Positions 26,006 through 39,451 of a DNA stretch of 64,000 nucleotides are shown one piece after another. The stretch comes from Octopus vulgaris (lineage: Eukaryota). The stretch covers positions 43,152,001-43,216,000 of the forward strand of contig OX597815.1 in the NCBI GenBank assembly GCA_951406725.2. The letters run 5' to 3'. Position 1 is the stretch's first letter. Every line of letters starts with the position of its first letter. The notes below the pieces were generated by a model. That model had not been told where the DNA came from. It did not search any database and worked only from the letters and a program-made list of their open reading frames with translations. The position numbers and the translations under genes were made by a program.

Positions 26006-27116
26006 GAGTGTCGAGCAGTGATCCGGTTTTTCTATTGGAAAGGACGCACACCACGGGAGACTTTTGATGAAATGAAAGTAACTTATGGTGATGATGCCCC
26101 ATCATATGACCTTGTAAAACGCTGGCATCGTGAATTCAAACATCGTCGGAACTCTGTGGAAACAGCTCCCAGATCTGGTCGTCCCTTCTGCCATTGATGA
26201 GGCATCTGTCCGTCAAGTTGAGGCTGCCATTTTGGAAGATCGACGCATTATTATTCGCCAAATAGCCCATGAGGTCAAGATTAGTATCGGGTCTGTAGAA
26301 ACTATCATTCATGACCATTTGCATATGCAAAAGGTGTCTGCCAGATGGATTCCCAGGTTGCTCACGCCTTTCCAGAAGCAAGAACGCGTCGAGTGCTCGA
26401 GGGTGAATTTGGAGATATGCCAAGAAGATGAGTCAAAATTTTTCAAAAGACTGATTACACAGGATGAAACCTGGGTCCATCACGATGATCCAGAGACCAA
26501 AGCCCAGTCAATGCAGTGGAAGCACCGTGACTCACCCCCTCCAAAGAAGGCAAGGGAGCAGCCCTCCGCTGGCAAGGTCATGCTCACAGTCTTCTGGGAC
26601 CAGGACGGAGTAGTGATGACAGATTTCTTGGCAAAGGGTACCACAATTGCAGGAGCCTATTATGCTTCACTTTTGAGGAAATTAAGAGAAGTTATCAAAA
26701 TCAAGAGGCGGGGCAAGTTCAGCAAAGGCATCCTCCTCCTGCAGGACAACGCTCCGGTCCACAACTCGCTTGTCGCCAGATCAGAAGCACAGGCGTATGG
26801 CTATGAACTCCTCCCCCATCCCCCTACTTTCCTGACCTTGCACCCTCTGATTTTCACCTCTTCCCAGTCATGAAGTTGTTTTTGAAAGGAAAGCATTTCC
26901 CAGATGATGCAGCCTTGATTTCTGAAGTCACGTTCAGGTTGGAGGACCAAGCTGGGGTCTTCTACAAAAACGGTCTCCAGAGCTGCATCAAACAATGGGA
27001 GAAATACGTAACTCTGGGTGGTTCCTATGTAGAAAAAGACTAATAACTGTGCCAAGTTTCGTTGCTCTACTGCTATGGGAAGTGGGTCAGGGGCATTACT
27101 TATTGAACGCCCCTCG
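26006..27116 (+). pseudogene. Mariner transposase pseudogene, 5' TIR lost
   Basis: CRAVIRF..APRSGRP, WIPRLL, ITQDETWVH, LLQDNAPVH, HPP then frameshift; 3' TIR ..TTATTGAACGCCCCTCG followed by TA. Confidence 0.93.
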
Positions 27117-27356
27117 TATTGTAAGATCTAATTTATACTTATATTTATATTTACTTGTATTTATATTCTCTTTTATATATATTCTACTTATTATACAACA
27201 TTACTCTTTTATGTACATTCCTTTATGTACACTGATTTGTTCTGCTTTTTATATTTAACCCTACAGTCTCTTATGTGGTGGTTTAATAAAGTATGTGATT
27301 GAATATTATCTGGTAATTGATATTTGATTTAGATGTATTTCTCCATTTTCTTATCT

Positions 27357-27432
<76 letters not shown>

Positions 27433-27635
27433 GAGTAATGCGATCTCAAATGGCAGGTGCATACAATTAGTGTTCAGGTCGAATTGGTGCCTAAACTCCA
27501 ACTTTAAATGCACGGATATGGCAGCTGCCTAAATGAAGATTTCCGTATAGGCAATGTACCTATCAAACTGGTGTATTTGTGATGGAGTAAAAGATGAAAC
27601 AAAGAGCAGGTATCGAGTCTATGACGTATTTATCG

Positions 27636-28020
27636 TGGCACTCCATCGGTGACGACGACGATGGTTCCAGTTGATCCGATCAGCGGAACAGCCTGCTCGT
27701 GAAATTAACGTGCAAGTGGTAGAGCATTCCACAGATACGTGTACCTTTAACGTAGTTCTCGGGGGAGATTCAGCGTGACACAGATTGTGACAAGGCTGGC
27801 TCTTTGAAATACAGGTACAAGAGGAACAGGAAGAAAGAGTGATAGAAGGTTATGGTGAAAGAGTACAGTAGAGTTCATCACCATCAACTCCTACCGGAAC
27901 CTCATAAAGCTTTAGGTGTTTTCACTGAATAAAAACTCACAACGCCCGGTCTGGGAATCGAAACCACGACCCTATGACCGTGAGTCCGCTGCCCTAACCA
28001 CTGAGCCATTGCACCTCCAC
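27636..28020 (-). mobile_element. tRNA-derived SINE family C with TSD
   Basis: Minus strand GAGGTGCAATGGCTCAGTGGTTAGGGCAGCGGACTC..GGTTTCGATTCCC; GACGTATTTAT on both sides (27623-27633, 28023-28033). Confidence 0.88.
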
Positions 28021-28065
28021 ACGACGTATTTATATTTAAACAGCATATAAGGAAATGCAACTATT

Positions 28066-28391
28066 GAAGACCCCCTTCGGTCAGACACTGACCATGGGTT
28101 TGCACCTAGAGAGTTACCATCTGGGCAAGGTTGTTTTATGGAAGACCAGCAGTCGCCCATGCATACTGGCCTCCCCTCTCCACGTCACCGATGTTGTCCA
28201 AGGGAAAGGCAAGGGCCGATACAGCTTGACACCTGTGACGTCGCAACTCATTTATACAGCTGAGCGAACTGGAGCAACGTGAAATAAAGTGTCTTGCTCA
28301 AGAACACAACATGCAGCCCGGTCCGGGATTCGAGCTCACAACCTCACGATCGTAAGCTCGACGCTCTAACCACTGAGCCACGCGCCTTCAC
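28066..28391 (-). mobile_element. SINE family D
   Basis: Matches 24225-24560. Confidence 0.9.
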
Positions 28392-28449
28392 TATGCAACT
28401 ATATAAATGTATATATACCAATGCAACTATATAAATGTATATATACCAC

Positions 28450-28830
28450 AGGAGATCAGTAAAAATTCCCCTATCGGAGGAGCCTAACAGTTGTATTATA
28501 AATAGATGGACTACAGGAAGAGGCTCAAAATCAAACAACTGTAAGGATCAATCTACATACCGTTTGTTTCTTGTCTTTCAATAACAAAGTTTTACCTGGC
28601 ATAGCTTTCTTCTAACTACCTAGTTGTGTCATCAATACTATGGACTTACGTTCTGATTTCTCTTGGAGCCTACTAGTGTACATCGCAAGTATTATGATCA
28701 TACCATAGCAGAACTTTTACTTATTTCCAGTTATTTATTCTCTTAAAAGCATTTGTTTTTCACTACTATTCGTCTAAATATAACCAGACACCGGTTGTTT
28801 ACCTGCCTATATTTTTGGTCTATAATATTG
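28450..28830 (+). mobile_element. Old putative PLE 3' region with decayed hammerhead-like core (family H4)
   Basis: GGAGGA-GCCT...AGGCTC..AAACAACT-GTA-AGGAT; downstream ~250 bp aligns loosely with 52770-52985. Confidence 0.45.
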
Positions 28831-28924
28831 TATGTATGTGTGTGTGTGTATAGACACATACACTAATATATATTCATAAACATACATACGTATGTGTCTG
28901 TCTCTGCCTGTCTGTCTGTCTGTT

Positions 28925-28965
<41 letters not shown>

Positions 28966-29651
28966 ATATATATATATATATATGTCCTTTCAGCTCTAGT
29001 CTGCTGTATCGGTCATAGCCACCATCTTCCTACGTGTTCTATGTTCTAATTAAATGCAAATGAGTATAAGTAAAAATATACACAGTATAATGAAAAGAGA
29101 AAAAGAGAATCAAATGTCTGCTTAGATTAAAAATTGAATACAGAGGTTAATGGCCCGGTTCGTGCTAGACCGTTCTGCACTATTTTTTTCCACTTTGTTG
29201 TTCATTTTACTGAGGTGTTTGTCACCTGTTAGTGATTGTTTTTGTCGTATGAACATAGCTGTTCGCTTGCGACTACGTTCTGAAATATAAGAAGTGGCGT
29301 GCACTTTGTTTTTATATTGTTTTAATAAAAAACACATTTATTAGCATACACCAACATTTATTAATTTGCCATAATTCTTTGAAACATAAAACCGAGTGAA
29401 CCAAAATGCCAACATTGTGATTTCATATATGGAGTGACACGTATTCAGATTGTTCTTTAAAAACAAAATATAATAAATATATGCAGCCTGCCCGACGCTT
29501 TGACATTTCTGTCAGCGTACCTATCGGGCTACACACCAGTACCAACCGCAGACCAATACCAGTACCTGGCCATACAGAGAGAATATACTTAAAAACTGTA
29601 TTCGCTTTTATTGACTAACGCAGTCTGCAATATGTTTTTGTATTATATATA

Positions 29652-30045
29652 TCTTTATATATAAAAGAGAGGTTGTGTGTCTGTCTCCTACGATTTAGAT
29701 TCCTAACTACTCCCACATTTTGCGGTGCAGTTTAACCAAAACCGGGTATCTTATAGTCGTGATTCATATCGAGCCCTTCTGGGTATTAGCGCGCGTCTAC
29801 GATGAGTCTACGATTTAAAAAACAAATTACCATCATTTTTCCATTTTAATGCATTTTTTCGCTATTATATAAGGGAAGTAACTCTCTAAAAATGTCTACG
29901 ATGAGTCAACGATTTAAAAAAAACTTACCACCATTTATTTCCATTTTTAATGCATTTTTTTGCTATTTTTTGGCTATAACTCTCTAAAAATGCTTATATA
30001 GTTATTTCCCTTACAAACCCGAGCAACGCCGGGCGATACTGCTAG
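29652..30045 (+). mobile_element. Non-autonomous Helitron
   Basis: A|TC 5' end, 3' hairpin CCCGAGCAACGCCGGG, CTAG|T 3' end, no TSD; internal ~95-bp duplication; second copy at 56114. Confidence 0.9.
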
Positions 30046-30262
30046 TGTGTTATAAATGCGGTGAGCTGGAAAGAATTGGTAGCACGCCGGAGAAAATGTT
30101 TAGCAGTGCTTCTTCCGGCTTTATGTTTTGAGTTCAAAGTTCCGCCGAGGTCTACTTTGCTTTTCGGGGTCGATAAAATAAGTACTAGCAGGTTGTTCGG
30201 ATCGATGTAAACGATTAGCCCCTTTCCTCAAAATTTCAGCCCTTGTACCTATATATGTGGTT

Positions 30263-30298
<36 letters not shown>

Positions 30299-30299
30299 T

Positions 30300-30326
30300 A
30301 TATATACATACACATGTATAAAGATG

Positions 30327-30380
<54 letters not shown>

Positions 30381-30387
30381 AAAGATG

Positions 30388-30428
<41 letters not shown>

Positions 30429-30450
30429 CATGTATAAAGATGTAATATAT

Positions 30451-30542
<92 letters not shown>

Positions 30543-30552
30543 AAAGATGTAA

Positions 30553-30597
<45 letters not shown>

Positions 30598-30633
30598 AAA
30601 GATGTAATATATATACATACATACATATATATA

Positions 30634-30675
<42 letters not shown>
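30300..30675. repeat. Compound minisatellite ACATGTATAAAGATGTAA(TA)n, five units
   Basis: 18-bp core near 30312, 30373, 30428, 30535 and 30590, separated by variable (TA)n. Confidence 0.9.
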
Positions 30676-30710
<35 letters not shown>

Positions 30711-31376
30711 AAGTATGTAAGAAATAATATGCATTATGCACTTAGTTGTGCTTTGCTATGCGCGTGATTTTTCAGTCCGTGGTGCAAAAAGTGGGTGGAG
30801 CTCCGCTTTAGATCAACGGTGAACTGTGATAATTTAAACCGAGAATCAAATCTTGATCGCAAACTCAGATTTTTAAGAGCTTTTTTGGCCACGAGCGCAG
30901 TGTCTCATGTAACGTGTATCTGTTAATACTCAATAAAAATAAGGATATCAGGTGTAAATATAATGGCTTTTTAATGAAATGTGGATATGTTAGTTCGGCT
31001 CTATTCATTTACATTTCTTAAGTAGCCTACCTATTCTGTTTATCATTCCGAAGCTATCAGTTATGTTCGTTTGTATTTTCTTTCAGTCACTCTCTTTATT
31101 TATTTTATTTATTTTATTTTGTTTTATTTTCGCCGGCAAATATAAAACCATATGTTTTATGCAGTGTATTTGTTAGTATTTCTCCATATGTGTACCTTTG
31201 TGTGTGTGTGCTTATTTATATATATGAGCGTGTGTGACTTAGTGTGTGTGAGTGGATTGTGTATGTGTGTGTATAAAAAGCATACAGACACAAACACGCA
31301 TAGATACATATACAGGTATATATATATGAGTGTGTGTGCGTTTAAAAAAAGAAACAAGGGGTTTAAAAATCCAGGC

Positions 31377-31425
<49 letters not shown>

Positions 31426-31446
31426 TGTGTGTGTGTACGTATGTGT

Positions 31447-31493
<47 letters not shown>

Positions 31494-31899
31494 TGTGTGT
31501 ACGGACATATATTTTACACGCGCACATACAGAAACACACATATGTACCTGCATGAGGAAGGGTGTTTTTTGTGAATTTATGTGTGCGCGTGCCTGCTTGC
31601 GTGTGTATATATGTGTGTGGGCGTGGGTGTGTATGTATGTGTGTATGCACGCGTATCTGCGCGTGCCGCGTGTGTGTGTGTGTGTGTGCGTGTTTATAAG
31701 TATCTTGTAGTTTGTCTGACAGCCTGTCATAATTTATGTACAATGTAAATGAGCAGCACTGATTAAATATGGTTTAGCATTTAGGTGTAAATCTCATATG
31801 CGAATGTGTAAAAAGCTAGTTCAATGAAGACAACTTTCCACATTCAATGAATGTCGTCAAATTGATAATATTGTAATATTATGTATAATAACGAAACGT

Positions 31900-32160
31900 T
31901 GAGGCGCAATGGCCCAGTGGTTAGGGCAGCGGACTTGCGGTCGAAGGATCGTGGTCTCGATTCCCAGACCGGGCGTTGTGAGTGTTTAGAGAGCGAAAAC
32001 GCCTAAAAGCTCCACGAGGCTCCCGCAGGGGGTGGCGGCGATCCCTGTTGTACTCTTTCATCGCAACTTTCTCTCACTCTTTCTTCTGTTGGCCTGCTCG
32101 CTTAGCGAAGCGCATTGTGACCAGCGATGTGTAGCAACATCTGATAGTCAGGTCAGTCAC
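31900..32160 (+). mobile_element. SINE family C variant
   Basis: GAGGCGCAATGGCCCAGTGGTTAGGGCAGCGGAC..TCGATTCCCAGACCGGGCG; 3' part differs from the 27636 copy. Confidence 0.85.
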
Positions 32161-32451
32161 GTGATATTACGAAACAGCTTGACTTAACTATCCCCAGCAG
32201 CACACATGACACGTTCGGTGGAATGGAATGTTCAACAAAATTTAAAAAATTGCTGTTTCATCTTAATCCTATATTTGAAACCTCATCTTTATCCATACAA
32301 AAATTAGAGCTTAATTCACACAATTTTGTATCGAAATTTATGTTAGATGGTAGGTGATAAAAAAGCGAGGGGTGGGTACAGCGGATTGCAAGTGTTGTAG
32401 AGACAAATACCCGCTTAAGAAAATGAAATCTATAAGCTAGTTATAAAACAA

Positions 32452-32990
32452 AAGTTCCGGAGCCCGGATCAAGCGATTCTCGTCTGCTAACGATATACGC
32501 ATGTGTGCTTTTATATCCCGTGCCTTCCTTAGAGAGATCCTCTCAAGATAAATAACACAATATTCAGCGTCCTAACAATACATCCACGTTAAGTTAGATA
32601 TAAAGATTGGCTTTTTGTATTAATACTGTTTCTGTCGTAAATAATAATTTTCGACAAGTCAACTGATTATGTGCGTCATCAGTGCCTGAAAAGACATAAA
32701 AATTCTGTATATTGTTGGCAGAGAGATTCCGCTGGTGTATGGCTACCGGACGCCTACCAGTGAGGAGATCGGATAGGTCGAGCTCACGTGAAGTTCTGGC
32801 ACCCGCAGCAGAAGGTTCTCGCCTGCCAACGTTATAAATATGTGTGCTTTTATGCACCCTGCATCCATATGAGAGGTACTATCAAAGTAAATTACGCAGT
32901 ATTCAGCGTTCTAACAAAACAAGCACGTTAAGTTGGATATAAAGATTGCCTTTTGGTACTGATATTGCTTCTGTCGCTAACAATAAAAAT
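32452..32990. repeat. Diverged ~200-bp direct repeat, period ~340 bp
   Basis: 32452-32650 aligns with 32791-32990 (e.g. TATTCAGCGT.CTAACAA..CA..CACGTTAAGTT.GATATAAAGATTG). Confidence 0.8.
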
Positions 32991-33025
32991 AAGTTCCAAC
33001 TGTCATTGTATTTCAAAACATCAAT

Positions 33026-33420
33026 AGGCGCAGGAGTGGCTGTGTGGTAAGTAGCTTGCTAACCAGCCTCATGGTTCCGGGTTCAGTCCCACTGCGTGGC
33101 ATCTTGGGCAAGTGTCTTCTGCTATAGCCCCGGGCCGACCAATGCCTTGTGAGTGGATTTGGTAGACGGAAACTGAAAGAAGCCTGTCGTATATATGTAT
33201 ATATATATGTATGTGTGTGTATGTGTCTGTGTTTGTCTCCCTAGCATTGCTTGACAAGAGATGCTGGTGTGTTTACGTCCCCGTAACTTAGCGGTTCGGC
33301 AAAAGAGACCGATAGAATAAGTACTAGGCTTACAAAGAATAAGTCCCGGGGTCGATTTGCTCGACTAAAGGCGGTGCTCCAGCATGGCCGCAGTCAAATG
33401 ACTGAAACAAGTAAAAGAGA
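33026..33420 (+). mobile_element. SINE family A, full length
   Basis: GGCGCAGGAGTGGCTGTGTGGTAAG...CAAGTAAAAGAG. Confidence 0.92.
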
Positions 33421-35075
33421 GTTATTACACTCTAATAGCATTCAGATTTGTAAATAATTCACTTACAGAAAATATGAAGATAAAACATCAATATTCTTTG
33501 GAAAATTTTTAAAGGAATTTGGGTTAAATTTGTAAAATGTCGAATATTCCCTCCCTGCATCGAATGCATTATGTGATCATATATTTATTTCAGTGTTCTT
33601 TCGAATCCTTCGCTTTTTATTATTTATTTCTTCTTCTCTTTATCGTTTGTTCTTTCAACGTAGATTTGTATAAGGTTTTTCTATATGACTGATGTAGTCA
33701 GGCAACGATTTAAATAAACTAATTTTGCTTATTCTAGAGACTAAACTTATTGCATGTTGTACCTCTCCGAATGATGGTAGAATATAGGAAGCCTTTTATT
33801 TTGGTAAGCCGTAATAATATGGTGACATTCTTTGAATGTGGAAAGAGGAATTTGAAAATCTCAACGGGAAACTAAAATGACCGTTGCAGGTGCAAGGAAG
33901 TATTACCCCCCCGCCCCCCCCCCCCCAAAAAAAAACAGAAAGAAAAAAATAGCTACCACTACAACCACTACTATAAGCCAACCGTCTGTGTATAACAGGT
34001 GCAGATCTGCAGTGTTTTTGAAGCTACAAGTAAGAAACATGCGTTAGCTTCAGTGTCAACTGTGATACAGGATAGCTTAACTGGTATACCTGCTGTTGCA
34101 GCGTCTTCTTGTGTTGTGTGTAGTTGGGCCAAGTAGATCGGCTGTAACATGATACGTCGTGTCAGCACTGGCGTCTTTCCTTTCCAGGTGACTAGCCATT
34201 TGCTGGAAGTTAATAGCCCCTGCCGCCTGATGCCTGAAGGAGTTTGCTTGGTGATGATTACACAAAGATACCTCAACGCTCCCTCGCACGCACACGCGCG
34301 CGTGCGTGCGTGCGCGAGCATATATATATATATATATATATATATGTAGATGCCTGTATGTGTGATTATATCTATACGGATGTGTGAGGAACTACATGTA
34401 AGTGTGCGTATGTGCGTATGTATGTGGTGTATGTTTGCGTGTGCAAGGGTTTACAGATACATGCACAGATGCTAAGGCTCTTCATTCGCTCATGTAAGAA
34501 CCTAACGGAGATCTAATATTACATTACCAAACAGGCGAAATACAATCAGAAGACTTTGGGTAGGGTTACATTATTTTATTATACAAACTAACCCCGAAGG
34601 GCGAGAAGATATGATAGGTTATTCTAATGTTTTACACAAAGGAACACAAAAGAAAATCCTAAATACAAAGAAGAGAATATTGAATTCTTATCTTTCAATG
34701 TAGTGAATCGGCAGGTTCATTAGAACGTTGGAAAAATGTCATGCGATATTTGTTCTGAGTTCAAATCCCGCATCCCGCTGAGACGAATTTATCTTTCATC
34801 CTTTTGGGGGTGAATAATATAAGTACAAGTCAAGTAGTAAGATCAATGTAATCGATTATACCACTCTCCTCAAATTTTTGGCCTGTGACTATATATAAAC
34901 GATTAAGGGTCGGTGGATTAGCAGAATTGCTAGAGCGTCAGTATATCAGTATTCCTTACACATTGTGTTCAAATTCCGCCAATGTCATCTTTGTCTTTCA
35001 TCGTTCCAGAGTAGTTTAACTGCATCAATCATAGATGTAAACATGTCTGAATGTGTTTTTGACAAAAATTAATGA

Positions 35076-35172
<97 letters not shown>

Positions 35173-35393
35173 TAATGATAAATAAAAAAAGAATAAAAGA
35201 TAAAAACCCGAATATATAAATGAAACTAGGACATTTATCCCCATGGACATTAACACCTGAGGACAGCAGATGATGATTTTAAAATTATTAATATATTGGA
35301 GAGGGGGTAATTAACCAGGTCGTGGGGTAGTTGTGGTCGGGAGAATTGTCCTATGGGGGAGGTAATTGTCCTTGGCGGTAATTGTCTTCATAC

Positions 35394-35447
<54 letters not shown>

Positions 35448-35450
<3 letters not shown>

Positions 35451-35597
35451 TTTATTTAAAAGCAGCAGAAATATAATAAAAGCTGAGTAACAGCTTTTGT
35501 TATATTTCTGCTGCTTTTAAATGAAGCATATTACTCTACCTCTGGTAATTGAGTACTCTTTTTACCACCTTGTTTCACATTCATGTGTTTACTCCCG
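35448..35597 (+). mobile_element. Fold-back insert in (TA)n: 36-bp arms, 5-nt loop, ~70-bp tail
   Basis: Arms 35450-35485 and 35491-35526; (TA)n on both sides. Confidence 0.8.
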
Positions 35598-35656
<59 letters not shown>

Positions 35657-35834
35657 AGAGAGATTAACAACTACACTGTATTTTCCAGTACCAGTCAGGT
35701 ATCGGAATGTCAAATGGGCCCAATTGTTAATATCATTAAATGTAAGGGAAGTTTATTTCAACTCAAATCTTGAAATATTCTAAGTTCAGAGTTTAGGAAA
35801 AACATCCTCCTCCTCCTCCTCCTCCTCCTCCTCC

Positions 35835-35881
<47 letters not shown>

Positions 35882-35893
35882 GTCATCATCATC

Positions 35894-35956
<63 letters not shown>

Positions 35957-35959
<3 letters not shown>

Positions 35960-36256
35960 TAGTTTTATTTTTATAGCGTGCTTTCACTTCACTACCGAGC
36001 ACAGCTCTGTGTGCCTTGGGTATGTGCTGTGATTTTTTGTGATGCTCTGATGGTTATTGTATGGAAAGTGTTCTGCGTAGGATGTGTGCAGTGCCTAGTA
36101 GTGCAATTTTCTGTATGTTATATGTGTTTGTAAGTCCTGGTGTTTTTGTTATGTATTTGTCTGAATATTTTTTTATCATGCCTAATGCACCTACTATGAT
36201 AGGAATTGTTTCTGTTTTCAGATTCCACATTCTAGTTACCTCTATTTCCAGGTCTT

Positions 36257-36260
<4 letters not shown>
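35957..36260 (-). mobile_element. R4/Dong-like LINE 3' end inserted in (TAA)n
   Basis: Minus strand QKDLEIEVTRMWNLKTETIPIIVGALGMIKK..IQKIALLGTAHILRRTLSIQ* (restriction-like endonuclease LINE C-terminus), short 3' UTR, TAA repeats both sides. Confidence 0.85.
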
Positions 36261-36342
<82 letters not shown>

Positions 36343-36368
36343 CATCATAATCATTATCATCATTATCA

Positions 36369-36420
<52 letters not shown>

Positions 36421-36502
36421 CATCATCATTATCATCATTATCATCATTATCATTATTATTATTATTATCATTATTATTATCATCATCATTATCATCATTA
36501 TC

Positions 36503-36561
<59 letters not shown>

Positions 36562-36576
36562 CATTATCATCATCAT

Positions 36577-36660
<84 letters not shown>

Positions 36661-36697
36661 TACTATTACTATCATTATTATTATTATTATTATTATT
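36261..36697. repeat. Long (TAT)/(CAT) microsatellite
   Basis: Direct reading. Confidence 0.95.
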
Positions 36698-37233
36698 GAG
36701 TGAGAGAGCAGTTCATGCCATCAAAGTGACACTGGGGTAAAATATACGAAGCCCAATATACCCATCATGACTACCCGTCTGATAAGGACACACCAGGCAC
36801 ATGCATCACAAACATATGTGTGCGACATGGTGATCTCATATCAAGATAAACTGCACATGACCTTGCAGGTGGGGCCCAGTTAGAATTTTCTTCAGGTTGA
36901 GTAGCCCATCCCGCTCAAACGGTCCCTGAATAAGGGTTGTTTAAGGATGTTGAAAAAACCACCCATGTCTCCAGAGGTGAATTATTCAAACCCCAAAGAA
37001 TCCCTCTCAACACATGGCTATGATGCTCCCCCACTACTTCTGCTCGTGATCAGAGATGCACATATCGTCAGCCACTAAGGGACATGCTCAACTGGTTAAG
37101 GTCAAACAACTGACAAGCAAATCTGTGGTATTGAGCAGAATATTTGCTGTAGCCCATCTTTTATACCAAGACAAAACAATGTACATGATAACACTTCCAA
37201 TCAGTTAAGATCAGAAGCCATGAGAGCCACTGC
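36698..37233 (-). mobile_element. Non-coding retroposon-like element embedded in (TAA)n (family T)
   Basis: Both flanks are TAA repeats; highly similar inverted copies at 38871-38975 and 39030-39445. Confidence 0.8.
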
Positions 37234-37234
37234 C

Positions 37235-37278
<44 letters not shown>

Positions 37279-37310
37279 GTTGTTGTTATTATTATCTATA
37301 TTTTTAAGAC

Positions 37311-37745
37311 AACGAGCTGGCAGAGTCGTTAGCACGCCGGCCCAAGTGCTTAGCGGCACTTCGTCTGTCGCTACGTTTTGAGTTCAAATTCCTCCGAGGC
37401 CGACTTTGCGTTTCATTCTTTCGGGGTTGATAAATTAAGTATCGGTTGTGTACTGAGGTCGATATAATCGACTTACTCCCTCCCCGAAGTTTCAGGCCTT
37501 GTGCCTATAGCAGAAAAAATTATTATTATTATTATCTAAGGCGGCGAGCTGGCAGAATCATTAGCACGTTGGACAAAATGCTTCGCGGTATTTTGCCCGT
37601 CGTTACATTCTGAGTTTAAATTCCGCCGAGGTCGACTTCGCCTTTCATCTTTTCGTACTAGTGAATTAAGTACTAGTGAAACATTGGGGCCGATTTAATC
37701 CTCTCACCGACATTTCAGACCTTGTGCCTATAGTAGAAAGGATTA
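37311..37745 (+). mobile_element. Two adjacent SINE B short-tail copies
   Basis: Two heads (..GAGCTGGCAGA..) each ending CAG.CCTTGTGCCTATAG.AGAAA..ATTATT. Confidence 0.85.
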
Positions 37746-38537
37746 TTATTATCATTATTATTGTTGTTGTTTTGGCTGTGGTTAAAGATTAGACAGAAAT
37801 AAACTAGTCTCGCAGAAATCCCATAGTTCTGAAATTATGAATATGAGCATGTCTCTTAATATTATTCTGGCTCCAGTTTCTTTTGTAGCAGGTATCTCAA
37901 ACTGTATTTACGTCTTTTGTAGCAGATATCTCGAAATGTATTTACTTGCGCCGGGCATTTTCCTTGCTAATCTGTCTCCTGATAGCTAACACACGAAGCA
38001 ATCCACCTGTGTAAAATAACATGGCCATGGTATAGGCTTTCTCTCTGCTCTGTAGAATTCACTTCCTGTGCATGTTTCTTTTCTTTAATATCTCGCCTGT
38101 ACAAATGTAAAAACAACGTTAGCGGCAAAAGAAACTAATTTAGTCCAACAACTTTGAGCCATTTTTCGCTACAGGCGGTCCTTTATGGACTATTGACCAA
38201 GCTACTCTTTTACATGAATGGTTTGTAGAAAAAAAGTCATACTTTACAGATGTTTTATGCAAAAATGACTACACCGAAACGTTTACATGTCTTTCCCTTA
38301 GTAAATACAATACTGATGAGGAGTATATTATTTCATGAAACTGGTTGAGTATGATGACCTGTATTTACAAAATTATTTTCTTGTTTGGGTTTCATTTCCC
38401 ATTTGGAACTGCATCAGTTTACATCTGTAATGGTGGAAAGAAATTTCTAAACTTCATAGCCTAAAAGAAATCCTCTAAAGCAAGGTTTTCAGTCAGTTAA
38501 AAACTTATATATATAGATATACATACATATATACATG

Positions 38538-38660
<123 letters not shown>

Positions 38661-38809
38661 GTATATATATTTGAAACTGCTTTCAGTCATATTGTAACAT
38701 CTTTTATACTTCACTCGCCCCACACTGGGTGTGTCTAGGCAAGTGACTGTAACAAGGATGCAGATTAAAAGTAAATAATAATAATGATAATAATAATAAT
38801 AATAATAAT

Positions 38810-38857
<48 letters not shown>

Positions 38858-38870
38858 AATAATAATAATA

Positions 38871-38975
38871 ATGTGCCTGGTGTATCTTTATCAGACGGGT
38901 AGTCATGATGGGTATATTGGGCTTCGTATATTTTACCCCAGTGTCACTTTGATGGCATGCACTGCTCTCTCACTC

Positions 38976-39030
<55 letters not shown>

Positions 39031-39445
39031 GTACATTGTTTTGTCTTGGTATAAAAGATGGGTTACAGCAAATATTCTGCTCAATACCACAGATTTGCTT
39101 GTCAGTTGTTTGACCTTAACCAGTTGAGCATGTCCCTTAGTGGCTGACGATATGTGCATCTCTGATCACGAGCAGAAGTAGTGGGGGAGCATCATAGCCA
39201 TGTGTTGAGAGGGATTCTTTGGGGTTTGAATAGTTCACCTCTGGAAACATAGGTGGTTCTTTCAACATCCTTAAACAACCCTTATTCAGGGACCGTTTGA
39301 GCGGGTTGGGCTACTCAACCTGAAGAAAATTCTAACTGGGCCCCACCTGCAAGGTCATGTGCTGTTTATCTTGATATGAGATCACCATGTCGCGCACATA
39401 TGGTTGTGATGCATGTGCCTGGTGTACCTTATAACGGGTAGTCAT
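38871..39445 (+). mobile_element. Two fragments of family T separated by (TAA)n
   Basis: Reverse complement of 36698-36803 and of ~36768-37185. Confidence 0.85.
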
Positions 39446-39451
39446 AATAAT

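Noticed and set aside
26130-26873. 247-aa ORF as a functional or domesticated transposase
   Set aside because: Frameshifts at both ends detach the N-terminal DNA-binding region and the third catalytic Asp.
30300-30675. Short repeat with variable spacers, CRISPR-like
   Set aside because: Spacers are only (TA)n/(TACA)n.
38300-38370. CTGATGA..GAAAC-TG-GTT hammerhead-like motif
   Set aside because: Stem I cannot form without overlapping the core and stem II is poor; at best a decayed relic.
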